Source: Rhizobiaceae bacterium (GTDB lineage: Bacteria > Pseudomonadota > Alphaproteobacteria > Rhizobiales > Rhizobiaceae). From it: DNA of 64,000 bases. Positions 43,889 to 53,885 of the stretch are shown here, piece by piece (position 1 is the first letter of the stretch; each line of letters opens with the position of its first letter). Where the stretch lies: assembly GCA_017640615.1 (NCBI GenBank), contig JAEPQK010000007.1, positions 104,407 to 168,406 of the forward strand. The letters are read 5' to 3'. The notes below the pieces were generated by a model. It made no database searches. It was given only the letters and a program-made list of their open reading frames with translations, and had not been told where the DNA came from. The translations under genes and the position numbers were made by a program.

Positions 43889-44697
43889 CAGCCGCCCTCC
43901 TCGATCTTGGGAACGTCAGTTTCGAAGCCATGCGCTTCGAAAATCGCACCAGCCGTCTCACCACCCAGAAACGCCAAAAGCGCTTCCGATCCGGGGTTTT
44001 CCGAGCCGGACAGGATTGCTGCCGGATACACGATCGCCGGGTGAGCGGTTGCCGGGAACATATCAAGGATGCGGACTTGAGGATCAGCATTCGCGTCGGT
44101 GCGATAGACGATGCCGAGCGGAGCTTCGCCTGTGGAGACGAGGGCCAGGGCCGCGCGCACATTTTCCGCCTGCGCCAGCCTGCCCGACACGGAATTCCAG
44201 ACGCCAAGCGTTTCGAGCGCGGCCTTTGCGTACCGGCCGGCCGGCACCGCGTCGGTATTCGCGACCGCAAGCCGGCCATCGCCAAGCGCCGCCGCGAGAT
44301 CAAAATCCGGTGCAATTTTCGCCGTCACATTGGAACCGGCCGACGCGACCAGCACGAGCCGGTTGCCAAGCAGCGCCGTTTCGGTCGCCTTGTCCGTCAA
44401 GCCGCGATCGGAAAGCCATGTCATCCAGTCGAGATCGGCCGAAATAAAGATGTCGGCAGGTGCGCCCCGTTCGATCTGCCGCGCCAGCGCGGAGCTTCCC
44501 GCATAGGAGATAACGACACGCTGTCCGTTCTCGGTTTCGTATGCAGTTGCGATTTCATCGAGCGCGTTTTTCAGGCTGGCGGCGGCGAAAACAAGCAGAC
44601 GTTCGGCAGCGACTGCGGCACTCGGCGCAACGAGAGAAGCCACCAAAAGCGCGGCGGCGAACGCCGCCCGGCCAAACCAGTTTTGTGTCGCAGGCAT
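43888..44697 (-). CDS. modA: molybdate ABC transporter substrate-binding protein
   Basis: Signal peptide MPATQNWFGRAAFAAALLVASLVAPSAAVA. ModA-like VFAAASLKNALDEI and YAGSSALARQIERGAPADIFISAD. Start 44697 is favoured because a Mo-box lies at 44729-44752. Confidence 0.9.
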   Translation of the reverse strand: MPATQNWFGRAAFAAALLVASLVAPSAAVAAERLLVFAAASLKNALDEIATAYETENGQRVVISYAGSSALARQIERGAPADIFISADLDWMTWLSDRGLTDKATETALLGNRLVLVASAGSNVTAKIAPDFDLAAALGDGRLAVANTDAVPAGRYAKAALETLGVWNSVSGRLAQAENVRAALALVSTGEAPLGIVYRTDANADPQVRILDMFPATAHPAIVYPAAILSGSENPGSEALLAFLGGETAGAIFEAHGFETDVPKIEEGG

Positions 44698-44728
44698 CAG
44701 GCGCGGCCGTCCCCACCAAATTCGCAAC

Positions 44729-44752
44729 CGTTATATATGCGTGTGTATAACG
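44729..44752. promoter_or_regulatory. Mo-box (ModE operator) CGTTATATA-N8-TATAACG
   Basis: CGTTATATATGCGTGTGTATAACG lies 32-55 nt upstream of the modA ATG 44697. It matches the ModE consensus CGnTATATA-N-TATATAnCG as I recall it. Confidence 0.7.
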
Positions 44753-44868
44753 GTCAATGGACCAGGCGCGATTTGGAATTCGTGCGAAAATCGTCAAGGT
44801 AGGGAGATTGACCCTGCGGTATGATTGCAACATACTCGGTAGTATGTCGCCTTTTGGGAGGGAAGCGC

Positions 44869-45651
44869 ATGCGGTTCACCCGCGTCAACGGGGTAGTGAT
44901 ACATCACGCGGTACGAGGCGCCGGGGATCGCCCGACCATTGTCTTCTCCAATTCGCTCGGAACCGATTTCCGCATCTGGGATGCGGTCGCCCGGGAGTTC
45001 GAGCGCGACTACCAGCTTGTGCTCTACGACAAGCGCGGACACGGGCTTTCCGAGGCACCGCCGGCACCCTACGCGCTGACCGACCATGTCGGCGATCTTG
45101 CCGCCCTGCTCGAACACCTGGGCATCAAGAGCGCGACCGTCGTCGGGCTTTCGGTAGGCGGCATGATCGCGCAGGGCCTTGCCGCGCTCAGGCCGGACCT
45201 CGTGGAGCGGCTGGTGCTTTCCGATACAGCGCACAAGATCGGCAATGAAGAGCTGTGGAATGCCCGCATCGACGCCGTCACGAAAGGCGGCATTGCGTCG
45301 ATTTCCGACCAGATAATGGAGCGCTGGTTCACGCCGGCCTATCGCGATCCTGACAACGCTGACTTTGCCGGCTACACGGCAATGCTGACGCGCACGACTG
45401 TTGACGGCTACGCCGGCACTTGCGCAGTCCTGCGCGATGCCGACCTCACGGAATCCACGCGTGCGCTGAAGGTGCCAGTCATGTGCATCGTTGGCGATCA
45501 GGACGGCTCGACGCCGCCTGACCTGGTGCGCTCGACCGCCGCGTTGATCGATGGCGCGCGGTTTGAAATCATCAAGGATGCGGGGCATCTGCCTTGCATC
45601 GAGCAGCCGGCGAAAACGGCCGCTCTGATCCGCGATTTCTTACAGTCATAA
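44869..45651 (+). CDS. alpha/beta hydrolase, 3-oxoadipate enol-lactonase (PcaD)-like
   Basis: Start at MRFTRVNGVVIHHAV, preceded by GGGAGGGAAG. Nucleophile elbow GLSVGG. PcaD-like length. Confidence 0.75.
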   Translation: MRFTRVNGVVIHHAVRGAGDRPTIVFSNSLGTDFRIWDAVAREFERDYQLVLYDKRGHGLSEAPPAPYALTDHVGDLAALLEHLGIKSATVVGLSVGGMIAQGLAALRPDLVERLVLSDTAHKIGNEELWNARIDAVTKGGIASISDQIMERWFTPAYRDPDNADFAGYTAMLTRTTVDGYAGTCAVLRDADLTESTRALKVPVMCIVGDQDGSTPPDLVRSTAALIDGARFEIIKDAGHLPCIEQPAKTAALIRDFLQS

Positions 45652-45681
45652 AGCCGCGCGAGCGGCGCAACGGGAGACAGA

Positions 45682-47772
45682 ATGAGCAATATCGTTACGA
45701 CGCGGCGCGAAGGCGACATCGCGGTCATCACGCTGGACAATCCGCCGGTCAACGCGCTCAGCTTCCGCCTGCGAGAGCCGCTTTATGCGGCGCTTGAAAC
45801 ACTTGGCACCGATGACGGCGTGAAGGCAATCGTGATCGCCTGCGCGGGCCGTACCTTTATTGCCGGCGCGGACATAACCGAATTCGGAACGGAAAATGCG
45901 CTGAAGCGGCCCAACCTGCCGGATTTGTGCGCATTGCTGGAGGACATGTCGAAGCCGGTCGTAGCGGCAATCCACGGCACCGCTTTCGGCGGCGGTCTGG
46001 AGCTCGCGCTCGCCTGCCATTTCCGCGTCGCAGTGCCGTCGGCCAAGCTCGGCTTGCCGGAAGTGAAGCTTGGCCTGCTGCCAGGCTCCGGTGGTACGGC
46101 GCGGCTGCCGCGCATCGTCGGCCCCGAAAAAGCGCTCAAGATGATTGTGTCCGGCAATCCGATTGGCGCTGCGGAAGCTGCCAAGTCCGGGCTGGTCGAC
46201 GCTGTCGCTGAAGGCGATCTCGGCGAAGATGCCGTCGCATTCGCTCAGGCGAAGCTTGCAAAGCATGCGCCTCTCGTGCGCGTCCGCGACCGTGACGAGA
46301 GGCTCGCCGAGACGCGCAAGAACACCGAAGGTTTCGAAGGGCTGATCAAGGAAGTGACCCGCAAGGCGCGTGGCCTGGAAGCGCCGATAATGGCGGCGGC
46401 GGCCGTGCGCAACGCAGTCGAGATGGATTTCGACGCCGCGCTGAAAGCCGAGCGCGATGCCTTCATTCACCTCGTCCAGGGCGACCAGTCGCGCGCGCAA
46501 CGGCACCTCTTCTTCGCCGAACGCGAGGCGGCCAAGGTTGCAGGTGTGGGCAAGGACGTACAGCCCCGCGCGCTCAAGCGCGCCGGCGTCATCGGCGCTG
46601 GAACCATGGGCGGCGGCATCGCAATGTCGCTGGCGAATGGCGGCGTGCCGGTCACCATTCTGGAAATGACCGACGAAGCGCTTGAGCGCGGGCTCGGCAT
46701 GATTGCGAAGAACTATTCGGTCTCCGTCGAACGCGGCTCGATCAGCGCTGAGGAAAAAGAAGCACGGCTTGGCCGCATTACCGGCACCACCGACTATGCC
46801 GATCTCGCCGATTGCGACCTCATCATCGAAGCGGTGTTTGAGGAAATGCCGATCAAGAAGGAGGTTTTCGGCAAGCTGGACGCCGTTGCCAAGCCGGGCG
46901 CGGTGCTCGCCAGCAACACGTCCTATCTCGATGTCAACGAGATCGCTGCTTCCACCAGCCGACCTGAAGATGTGCTCGGCATGCATTTCTTCTCACCGGC
47001 CAATGTGATGCGGCTTCTGGAAATCGTGCGCGGCGACGAGACCGCACCCGACGTTCTGGCAACCGCGTTGGAAGCCGGACGTCGCATGCGCAAAGTGCCG
47101 GTCGTGGTTGGCGTGTGCCACGGCTTCGTCGGCAACCGCATGCTGTCTGCCCGCTCCTCGGAAGGCGAGGCGCTGCTTCTGGAAGGCGCAACGCCGGAAG
47201 AGATCGACAAGGCATTTCTCGATTTCGGCTGGCCGATGGGTCCGTTCCAGATGGGCGACCTCGCCGGCCTCGACATTGGCTGGCGTAACCGCAAGTCGCT
47301 CAGCAAGACGGCCGTCATCGGCGACGCACTTTGCGAGATGGGCCGTTTCGGCCAGAAGACCGGCAAGGGCTTCTACCTCTATGAAGACGGCTCGCGAAAG
47401 CCGAAACCCGACCCTGAAGTCAACACGCTGATCGAAGAAAAAGCGCGAGAGACCGGCATCAACCGTCGTACCATTTCGGCCGAGGAAATCATCGAGCGCT
47501 CGCTCTATCCGATGGTGAATGAGGGCGCGAAAATTCTCGAAGAGAAGATCGCGCAGCGCCCCTCCGACATCGATATCGTCTGGACCAATGGCTACGGTTT
47601 CCCGATCGGAAAAGGCGGGCCGATGTTCTGGGCCGATCTTGTCGGTCTGCCAAAGATCGTGGAGCGGCTCGAGTACTGGTACGGCAAGACCGGCAACGAG
47701 GTCTTCAAGCCGGCAGCTTCGCTCAAGCAGCTGGCAGCCACCGGCGGCAGCTTTTCGGCACGACCCGCATAG
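45682..47772 (+). CDS. bifunctional enoyl-CoA hydratase / 3-hydroxyacyl-CoA dehydrogenase (FadB/FadJ-like)
   Basis: N-terminal crotonase fold (FIAGADITEFG...AAIHGTAFGGGLELALAC), then the NAD-binding motif VIGAGTMGGGIA. Confidence 0.9.
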   Translation: MSNIVTTRREGDIAVITLDNPPVNALSFRLREPLYAALETLGTDDGVKAIVIACAGRTFIAGADITEFGTENALKRPNLPDLCALLEDMSKPVVAAIHGTAFGGGLELALACHFRVAVPSAKLGLPEVKLGLLPGSGGTARLPRIVGPEKALKMIVSGNPIGAAEAAKSGLVDAVAEGDLGEDAVAFAQAKLAKHAPLVRVRDRDERLAETRKNTEGFEGLIKEVTRKARGLEAPIMAAAAVRNAVEMDFDAALKAERDAFIHLVQGDQSRAQRHLFFAEREAAKVAGVGKDVQPRALKRAGVIGAGTMGGGIAMSLANGGVPVTILEMTDEALERGLGMIAKNYSVSVERGSISAEEKEARLGRITGTTDYADLADCDLIIEAVFEEMPIKKEVFGKLDAVAKPGAVLASNTSYLDVNEIAASTSRPEDVLGMHFFSPANVMRLLEIVRGDETAPDVLATALEAGRRMRKVPVVVGVCHGFVGNRMLSARSSEGEALLLEGATPEEIDKAFLDFGWPMGPFQMGDLAGLDIGWRNRKSLSKTAVIGDALCEMGRFGQKTGKGFYLYEDGSRKPKPDPEVNTLIEEKARETGINRRTISAEEIIERSLYPMVNEGAKILEEKIAQRPSDIDIVWTNGYGFPIGKGGPMFWADLVGLPKIVERLEYWYGKTGNEVFKPAASLKQLAATGGSFSARPA

Positions 47773-47776
47773 GCCG

Positions 47777-49444
47777 ATGGACCTCGCCAACGCCCCATGG
47801 AAAGGCATCTATCCGCCGGGCCTGAGCCCGGACGCGAAGCTCGATGCCTACCCGGTGCACGACATCGTGGATCGGGCTGCGGCGGAGTGGAGCGACAAGA
47901 CGGCGTTTCGGTTTCGCGGCCGCACGACCAGCTTCGTGGCGCTGAAGGGCCTTGTCGATCGCTGCGCGCAGGCCTTCATGGCGGCGGGGCTGAAGAAAGG
48001 CGATCGCGTCGCGCTGTTTCTGCCCAACACGCTCTACCATCCAATCGCTTTTTTCGGCGCGGTAAAGGCAGGGCTTGTCGTGGTGCATCTGTCGCCGCTC
48101 GATGGCGAGATCGTGCTGAAGCACAAGATCGCGGACAGCGGCGCGCGGGTTCTCATCACGACGAATTTCGAGAAGATGGCCGAGCGCGCAGCGAGCCTGC
48201 TTGCCGGTGGTCTGGTGGAAAGCGTGATCATCGGCGATGACGCCGCGCTCGGCGCTTCAGACGGAGCGGGGCCGAAGCCGGAAGGCACGGGCATCGTTGA
48301 CTTCAAGGCATTTCTCGATCAGGCCGGCGATGCGCCGTTTCCCACCGTGACGCCGGACGATCTGGCGCTTCTGCAATATACCGGCGGCACGACCGGCCTG
48401 CCGAAAGGCGCGATGCTGACTCACCGCAATCTCTCGTCCTCCGTGTCGAGTTACGATCTGTGGTCCGACGCCTTCGACCTGATGCGGCCAGGCGAAGACC
48501 GGATTGTCCTCTTCCTGCCGCTGTTTCACATCTACTCGCTGTCGGCGGTGATGCTGCGCACCGTGAAGAATGGAATCGAGACGATCCTGCACACACGTTT
48601 CGACGCCGAAACCGCGCTGCGTGAAATCGAAGCCGGCGCAACTGGCTTTCCCGGTGTGCCGACCATGTGGATCGCAATGGCTGCGGTACCTGACTTCGAA
48701 AAGAGGAACTTTTCCAGCCTGCGCTACTGCGCCTCGGGCGGCGCGCCGCTGCCTGTGGAGGTTGCGCGCAAGATAAAGTCCGGCACCGGCCACAGCCTGC
48801 TGGGCGGCTGGGGCATGACAGAGACCTCGCCGGCGGGGACCAACATTCCGGCGACCCGGCCGGACATGGTGGGCAGCATCGGCGTGCCGCTTCCCGGCAT
48901 CTGGATGGACATCGTTGCATTGGACGATCCCGACCGCGTGCTGCCGCCCGGCGAGACCGGCGAGTTGCGCATTGTCGGGCCGAACGTCGCGACGGGCTAC
49001 TACAATCGGCCTGAGGAAACGGCCGCTGCTTTCACGCCCAATGGCTTTCTCACCGGCGATATCGGCTTCATGGACGATGAGGGCTTCTTCACCATCGTCG
49101 ACCGCAAGAAGGACATGATCCTGAGCGGCGGGTTCAACATCTACCCGCAGCTTATCGAACAGGCGATCTACGAACATCCCGACGTCGAGGAAGCGCTCGT
49201 CATCGGCGTCGCCGACGAATATCGCGGCGAGGCGGCAAAGGCCTTCGTCAAGCTGCGCGCGGGCGCCGAGCCTCTGGCTCTGGATGCGCTGCGCGCTTTT
49301 CTCAAAGGCCGGTTGGGACCGCATGAGCTGCCCGCCGCGCTCGAAATCCGCGATGCGCTGCCGCGCACGCCTGTCGGCAAGCTTTCGAAACTCGAACTGA
49401 AACAGGAAGAGGCCGAGCGGCGCAAAACCGCTCTGGCTTCATAA
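47777..49444 (+). CDS. long-chain-fatty-acid--CoA ligase (AMP-binding enzyme)
   Basis: Start set to MDLANAPWKG. AMP-binding motif LQYTGGTTGLPKGAMLTH and C-terminal LPRTPVGKLSK. Confidence 0.9.
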   Translation: MDLANAPWKGIYPPGLSPDAKLDAYPVHDIVDRAAAEWSDKTAFRFRGRTTSFVALKGLVDRCAQAFMAAGLKKGDRVALFLPNTLYHPIAFFGAVKAGLVVVHLSPLDGEIVLKHKIADSGARVLITTNFEKMAERAASLLAGGLVESVIIGDDAALGASDGAGPKPEGTGIVDFKAFLDQAGDAPFPTVTPDDLALLQYTGGTTGLPKGAMLTHRNLSSSVSSYDLWSDAFDLMRPGEDRIVLFLPLFHIYSLSAVMLRTVKNGIETILHTRFDAETALREIEAGATGFPGVPTMWIAMAAVPDFEKRNFSSLRYCASGGAPLPVEVARKIKSGTGHSLLGGWGMTETSPAGTNIPATRPDMVGSIGVPLPGIWMDIVALDDPDRVLPPGETGELRIVGPNVATGYYNRPEETAAAFTPNGFLTGDIGFMDDEGFFTIVDRKKDMILSGGFNIYPQLIEQAIYEHPDVEEALVIGVADEYRGEAAKAFVKLRAGAEPLALDALRAFLKGRLGPHELPAALEIRDALPRTPVGKLSKLELKQEEAERRKTALAS

Positions 49445-49459
49445 CCCGAGGAGAACACC

Positions 49460-50641
49460 ATGACCGAGGCGGTAATCGTTTCCACTGCCCGCACGCCCGT
49501 CGGCAAGGCCTATCGCGGCGCGCTCAACGACACGCCGGGCGCCACACTGGGCGGCCACGCCATTGCCGCGGCGCTACAACGCTCCGGCCTTGAGGGCGGC
49601 GAGATCGAAGACGTGATCATGGGCTGCGCGATGCAGGAGGGGACGACCGGGCTCAATGTCGCGCGCCGTGCTCTCGTTGCCGGCGGGCTTCCGGTATCCG
49701 TTGCCGGCACGACGATTGACCGGCAGTGTTCTTCGGGCCTGCAGTCTATGGCGCTTCTTGCCAATGCGATCCGCAATGACGGAGTTGTGGCTGGTATCGC
49801 CGGCGGGCTGGAGTCGATCAGCCTCGTGCAGAACGACAAGCGCAACACCTTTCGGCTGGTCGATGAAAAGCTGATGGACATCAAGCCGGAAATCTATCTG
49901 CCGATGATCGACACCGCGGAGGTAGTCGCCAAGCGCTACGGCATTAGCCGCGAACGGCAAGACGAATACGGCCTTGAATGTCAGCGCCGTGTGGCCGCTG
50001 CCCGCGAGGCCGGGCGCTTCGAAGCGGAGATCGCGCCGATCGATGTGCGCATGGCCGTCATCGACAAGGAAACGAAAGAGGTCAGCCACAAGGAGCTCAC
50101 ACTGTCGCATGACGAGGGACCGCGTCCCGAAACGACCGCCGAGGGCCTTGCCGGTCTCAAGCCGGTGCGCGAGGGCGGATGCATTACCGCCGGCAATGCG
50201 AGCCAGCTCTCCGATGGCGCGTCGGCCAATGTCATGATGAATGCCAAGGAAGCCGAAAAGCGCGGGCTGGAGCCACTCGGCATCTTCCGCGGCTTCGCTG
50301 TCGCCGGCTGCGAGCCGGACGAGATGGGCATCGGGCCGGTGTTCGCCGTTCCACGGCTTCTCGAGCGGAACGGGCTCAAGGTCGACGATATCGGCCTTTG
50401 GGAGCTCAACGAGGCATTCGCCGTGCAGGTGATTTATTGCCGCGACAAGCTCGGCATCGACCCCGAAAAGCTCAATGTGAATGGCGGCGCGATCGCTCTC
50501 GGCCATCCTTACGGCATGAGCGGTTCGCGACTGGCCGGCCATGCGCTCATCGAGGGCAAACGCCGGGGCGTGAAATATGCCGTGGTGACCATGTGTGTTG
50601 GCGGCGGCATGGGTGCTGCCGGCCTGTTCGAGATTAACTGA
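49460..50641 (+). CDS. acetyl-CoA C-acyltransferase (thiolase)
   Basis: Thiolase active-site regions [33 protein letters not shown]. Confidence 0.9.
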   Translation: MTEAVIVSTARTPVGKAYRGALNDTPGATLGGHAIAAALQRSGLEGGEIEDVIMGCAMQEGTTGLNVARRALVAGGLPVSVAGTTIDRQCSSGLQSMALLANAIRNDGVVAGIAGGLESISLVQNDKRNTFRLVDEKLMDIKPEIYLPMIDTAEVVAKRYGISRERQDEYGLECQRRVAAAREAGRFEAEIAPIDVRMAVIDKETKEVSHKELTLSHDEGPRPETTAEGLAGLKPVREGGCITAGNASQLSDGASANVMMNAKEAEKRGLEPLGIFRGFAVAGCEPDEMGIGPVFAVPRLLERNGLKVDDIGLWELNEAFAVQVIYCRDKLGIDPEKLNVNGGAIALGHPYGMSGSRLAGHALIEGKRRGVKYAVVTMCVGGGMGAAGLFEIN

Positions 50642-50651
50642 GGAGGCTCCG

Positions 50652-51851
50652 ATGGAACTGCGCTTCACGCCTGAGGAACTGGCATTCCGCGACGAGGTCC
50701 GGGCCTTCTTCGCCGAAAACGTGCCGGAAGAAACCCGCGCCAAGATGAGCGAAGGCGAGCATCTTGAAAAAGACGACATGGTGGAATGGACGCGCATCCT
50801 CAACAAAAAGGGATGGGCGGTTCCGCACTGGCCGGAGGAATATGGCGGCACCGGCTGGGACCCGATGCGGCAGTACATCTTCCTGGAAGAGCTGCAGCGC
50901 TATCCGGCGCCCTCGCCGCTGCCTTTCGGCGTGAACATGGTCGGGCCGGTCATCTACACCTTCGGCAATGAAGAGCAAAAGAAGCACTTCCTGCCGCGCA
51001 TCGCCAATCTGGACGACTGGTGGTGCCAGGGTTTTTCGGAGCCGGGCGCGGGGTCCGATCTGGCCTCTCTGAAGACACGGGCCGTGCGCGATGGCGACCA
51101 CTACATCGTCAACGGCCAGAAGACCTGGACGACGCTCGCCCAATATGCCGACTGGATATTCTGCCTCGTGCGCACCGACACGGAGGCGAAAAAGCAGGAG
51201 GGCATCTCCTTCCTGCTGATCGACATGAACACGCCCGGCATCGAGGTGCGCCCGATCGTTACCATCGATGGCGGACGCGAAGTCAATGAGGTGTTTCTCA
51301 CCGACGTGAAGGTGCCGGCCGAAAATCTCGTCGGCCAGGAGAACAAGGGCTGGGACTACGCGAAGTTCCTGCTTGGCAACGAGCGTACCAACATCGCCCG
51401 CGTCGGCATGTCGAAACAGCGAATCGCGCGGGTACGCGAACTCGCCGCCAAGGAAATGTCAGGCGGGCGGCCTCTCATCGAGGACCAGCGGTTCCGTGAA
51501 AAGCTGTCATCGATCGAGATCGACCTCAAAGCGCTGGAGCTCACGCAGCTGCGCGTCGTGGCGGCAGATGCAAAGCGCGGCAACACCGGCCGGCCCGATC
51601 CGGCATCCTCGATCCTGAAGATCAAGGGTTCGGAGATCCAGCAGGGCATCACGCATCTTCTGATGCAGGTCATGGGGCCACACGCCCTGCCCTATCACGA
51701 GGACATCGAGGGTTCGAACGAACCGCCGATCGAGCCGGACTATGCGGGCAGCGCCGCACCCGGCTACTTCAATTATCGCAAGGTCTCCATCTATGGCGGA
51801 TCGAACGAGATTCAGAAGAACATTATCGCCAAGGCGGTGCTGGGGCTTTGA
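50652..51851 (+). CDS. acyl-CoA dehydrogenase
   Basis: Start at MELRFTPEELAFRDE, preceded by GAGGAGG. ACAD fold. It has LLGNERTNIA (Glu at the helix-G catalytic position) and IYGGSNEIQ (Gly at the MCAD-type position). Confidence 0.9.
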   Translation: MELRFTPEELAFRDEVRAFFAENVPEETRAKMSEGEHLEKDDMVEWTRILNKKGWAVPHWPEEYGGTGWDPMRQYIFLEELQRYPAPSPLPFGVNMVGPVIYTFGNEEQKKHFLPRIANLDDWWCQGFSEPGAGSDLASLKTRAVRDGDHYIVNGQKTWTTLAQYADWIFCLVRTDTEAKKQEGISFLLIDMNTPGIEVRPIVTIDGGREVNEVFLTDVKVPAENLVGQENKGWDYAKFLLGNERTNIARVGMSKQRIARVRELAAKEMSGGRPLIEDQRFREKLSSIEIDLKALELTQLRVVAADAKRGNTGRPDPASSILKIKGSEIQQGITHLLMQVMGPHALPYHEDIEGSNEPPIEPDYAGSAAPGYFNYRKVSIYGGSNEIQKNIIAKAVLGL

Positions 51852-51883
51852 GCTCCGGCCGATAGGGATTTTCGGAACACATC

Positions 51884-53029
51884 ATGGATTTTGACCTCAC
51901 CGAAGAACAGTCGATCCTCAAGGATTCGCTCGACCGGCTGCTGGCCGACAAATACGATTTTGAAAAGCGCAACAAGATCATGGCGCAGCCTGACGGCTGG
52001 AGCGGCGAAATGTGGAACGCCTATGCCGAGATGGGGCTGATGGCGCTGCCCTTCGCGGAGGAAGATGGTGGGCTTGGCGGCTCGCCGGTGGAGACCATGA
52101 TCGTCATGGAAGCACTTGGCAGGGCTCTCGTTCTTGAGCCCTACCTTGCCACCGTGGTGCTTGGCGGCGGCGTGCTGCGGCACGGCGCGTCGGCGCAACA
52201 GCGAGCGGAATACGTGCCGCAAGTTGCTTCCGGCGAGCTCAAACTCGCGCTTGGCCATACAGAGCGCAATTCGCGCTACGACCTCAACCATGTCGAGACG
52301 ACGGCAAAAAAAGACGGCGAGGGCTGGGTGCTTTCGGGCCAGAAAAGCGTGGTGCTCGGAGGCGACGCAGCCGACTACATCTTTGTGACGGCACGCACGG
52401 GCGGCGACGTGCGCGACCCGAATGGTATCGGCATTTTCATGATCGACGCTAAGGCCGAGGGTCTTTCACGGCGCAGCTATGCCAATCAGGACGGCACCCG
52501 CGCCGCCGAGATTTCGCTCGACGGCGTGAAGGTGCCGGCTGGCGGGGTGATCGGTGATCCGGCAGTTGGTCTGCCGGTCATTCGCCGGGTCGCGGATGAG
52601 GCTATTGCCGCACTTTGTTCGGAAGCGATTGGCGTGATGGAGCAGCTGCACGCGCTGACGCTTGAATATCTGAAAGTGCGCAAGCAGTTTGGCGTGCCGA
52701 TTGGCGCGTTTCAGGTGCTGCAGCACAAGGCGGTGGATATTTTCGTGGCGCTGGAACAGGCGCGATCGATCACGCTCTATGCCACGATGATGGCCGACAG
52801 CGACGACGAAGCCGAGCGAGGCCGGGCAATGAACGCTGCCAAGGCCGAGACCGGCCGCGCAGGAAAACTGGCCGGCGAAAACGCCATCCAGTTGCATGGC
52901 GGCGTGGGCATGACGATGGAATATGCCGTCGGGCATTACTTCAAGCGCATGACGGCAATCGACCTCACCTTCGGCGATCACGACCACCATCTACAGCGGC
53001 TCGCCGAGCGGGGCGGGTTGTTCGGTTAG
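51884..53029 (+). CDS. acyl-CoA dehydrogenase family protein (possible non-catalytic partner subunit)
   Basis: ACAD fold (LGGSPVETMIVMEALG..., GAFQVLQHKAVD...). No Glu seen by eye at either canonical catalytic-base position. Confidence 0.85.
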   Translation: MDFDLTEEQSILKDSLDRLLADKYDFEKRNKIMAQPDGWSGEMWNAYAEMGLMALPFAEEDGGLGGSPVETMIVMEALGRALVLEPYLATVVLGGGVLRHGASAQQRAEYVPQVASGELKLALGHTERNSRYDLNHVETTAKKDGEGWVLSGQKSVVLGGDAADYIFVTARTGGDVRDPNGIGIFMIDAKAEGLSRRSYANQDGTRAAEISLDGVKVPAGGVIGDPAVGLPVIRRVADEAIAALCSEAIGVMEQLHALTLEYLKVRKQFGVPIGAFQVLQHKAVDIFVALEQARSITLYATMMADSDDEAERGRAMNAAKAETGRAGKLAGENAIQLHGGVGMTMEYAVGHYFKRMTAIDLTFGDHDHHLQRLAERGGLFG

Positions 53030-53042
53030 GCCAGAGGCCTGA

Positions 53043-53399
53043 TCAGGCAGGTACTGCCTGCCGGCTCTCGGGTTGTGCAATTGCCGGGGCGCAATAGATG
53101 TCGTGCAGCAGCGCCAAAATCCGCGAGACGTTTTCCGACGCCACGCGGTAATAGATCGCTCGCCCCTCGCGGCGGGTCGCAACCAATTTGAGCGCCCTCA
53201 GCTTGGCCAGTTGCTGCGACAGCGCCGACTGGTTCATGCCGACAGCATCGGCCAGCGGCAGCACCGCCATCTCGCCATTAAGCAAGTTGCACAGGATCAT
53301 CAGCCTGTTCTTGTTGGCGATAGCAGCCAGCAGTTCCGCAGCCTCTTCAGCCGATTTGGCCAGTTCCTCAAGATCGGGCACGTTCTGTTCCTCTTGCAT
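53043..53399 (-). CDS. ArsR/SmtB-family repressor, BigR-like (two-Cys persulfide sensor)
   Basis: HTH NRLMILCNLLNGEMAVLPLADAVGMNQSALSQQLAKLRALKLVATRREGRAIYYRV. Cys in LMILCNL and Cys in DIYCAP are in the positions I recall for the BigR sensing cysteines. The start could be 53399, 53417 or 53435. Confidence 0.8.
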   Translation of the reverse strand: MQEEQNVPDLEELAKSAEEAAELLAAIANKNRLMILCNLLNGEMAVLPLADAVGMNQSALSQQLAKLRALKLVATRREGRAIYYRVASENVSRILALLHDIYCAPAIAQPESRQAVPA

Positions 53400-53407
53400 A
53401 CATGCAT

Positions 53408-53419
53408 ATATGATCATAT
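53408..53419. promoter_or_regulatory. perfect 12-bp palindrome ATATGATCATAT (candidate BigR box)
   Basis: AT-rich perfect palindrome in the short divergent region between the BigR-like gene and the YeeE/PDO operon. Confidence 0.55.
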
Positions 53420-53450
53420 TTGAACAGAACTGCAACCGAATGGGCTTACC

Positions 53451-53882
53451 ATGGACGCAAGTACAGAATTCACGCCCTGGCTGTCGCTGTTTGGCGGTGC
53501 GCTGATCGGACTTTCAGCGGTGTTGCTGATGGGTCTTCACGGGCGCATAGCGGGCCTCACCGGCATCGTGCGCGGTGTGCTGCCACCTGTCAGTGAAGGC
53601 TGGCAATGGCGGTTGGCATTTCTCGCAGGCGCCGCCTTGTCGCCGCTGCTGCTCCTGGCTGCCGGCAGCGAGATACCTTTCGCGGTGCCAATCTCCATGC
53701 CCGCACTGATCATCGGCGGATTTATCGTCGGCATCGGCGTTACATACGGCAATGGCTGCCCGAGCGGGCACGGCGTTTGTGGCATTTCGCGGCTTTCAGC
53801 GCGTTCGATCGTCGCCGTAGTCACTTTCATGATCACCGCGGCGATCACCGTCTATGTAAGCCGTCATGTGTTTGGAGCCTGA
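53451..53882 (+). CDS. YeeE/YedE-family (half-size) sulfur-compound transport membrane protein
   Basis: 143 aa, 4 TM, conserved GNGCPSGHGVCG motif. Confidence 0.75.
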   Translation: MDASTEFTPWLSLFGGALIGLSAVLLMGLHGRIAGLTGIVRGVLPPVSEGWQWRLAFLAGAALSPLLLLAAGSEIPFAVPISMPALIIGGFIVGIGVTYGNGCPSGHGVCGISRLSARSIVAVVTFMITAAITVYVSRHVFGA

Positions 53883-53885
53883 GCG

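Noticed and set aside
44698-44868. Possible Moco riboswitch upstream of modA
   Set aside because: The region is instead explained by a protein-type Mo-box palindrome. No Moco RNA motif features were recognised.
45646-46986. 446-aa ORF on the minus strand
   Set aside because: It lies entirely antisense to the FadB-like gene. It has no recognisable motifs and an Arg/Ala/Gly-rich composition typical of antisense frames in GC-rich DNA.
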